Shown here piece by piece: positions 63,501 through 64,000 of a DNA stretch of 64,000 bases. The notes beneath the pieces were generated by a model, which was given only the letters and a program-made list of their open reading frames with translations, was not told the origin of the DNA and searched no databases. Position 1 is the stretch's first letter; every line of letters begins with the position of its first letter. Both the position numbers and the translations under genes were made by a program. This DNA is from Eledone cirrhosa (lineage: Eukaryota): positions 380,246,001 through 380,310,000 of the forward strand of contig OZ024740.1 in assembly GCA_964016885.1 (NCBI GenBank), in the 5' to 3' direction.

Positions 63501-63754
63501 CTCGACCGATACTCGACATTAACTACAATACTTAAAGAAAATCGTCCATTCCTAGAGCTTTTATCAAAATAAATCATCAAGACAATGCCTAACTACCACA
63601 GAGCATCTATCTTTACGGACGCACAACTTCAATATAGTCAAAACTATATCTAAAACAGAGGGCTTCATCTTTACAAAGTTCAGATGATGCACACAATGGG
63701 GTACTGCATCCACATCTTGGACGATGCTGTTGCTGCTATATTATATATTATTGT

Positions 63755-63945
63755 AGATTAGCAGTATTGGTAGAGGGTCGGACGCCATGCTTTGACGTAT
63801 AGAGTTACGGCCCTTGCCATTCTGAGTTCAAATCCCGCCGAGGTTAACGTTGCCTTTCATCCTTACGGGGTCGATAAAATAAAGTACCAGTAATGCACTG
63901 GGTAAATGCTGGCCTTGTGCCAAAAGTAGAAACAATTATATATTA
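63755..63945 (+). mobile_element. tRNA-derived SINE, Meta-like core
   Basis: A-box-like ttagcagtattggt, B-box gagttcaaatccc, core gcctttcatccttacggggtcgataaaataaagtaccag. Confidence 0.82.
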
Positions 63946-64000
63946 TATTACATTGTATATTTTTTTCTAAAAATGACTGTCTAAACACGTGCTTTCTTTT

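Overview
AT-rich animal genomic DNA saturated with microsatellites; the composition and SINE content suggest a cephalopod such as Octopus (inference). No host protein-coding gene can be supported, and almost all short ORFs in the track are translations of (TA)n, (CA)n, (CATA)n or (GA)n. The window is a transposon graveyard: a near full-length but frameshifted Tx1/L1-clade LINE, a 5'-truncated R4/Dong-like RLE retrotransposon with fragments, several Penelope-like (RT/GIY-YIG) fragments, a decayed autonomous Helitron and a non-autonomous one, a hAT-like TIR pair, MITEs, an RTE fragment with a 5' inversion and many tRNA-derived SINEs. The main hidden structure is a dense population of type I hammerhead ribozyme (HHR) motifs, found by manual folding. 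They sit in non-coding 310-630 bp units inserted into (TA)n as tandem arrays and fold-back pairs. The best examples are a near-perfect 591-bp x ~7 array whose HHR has a compensatory U3-A8 core, and a 310-bp x ~8 array that flips orientation midway. Together they look like a retrozyme-like (circular RNA, rolling-circle reverse transcription) system, possibly mobilised by Penelope machinery. A palindromic cassette of two convergent tRNA-like genes lying inside the hAT-like TIRs, and a triple CRE cluster, are also notable.
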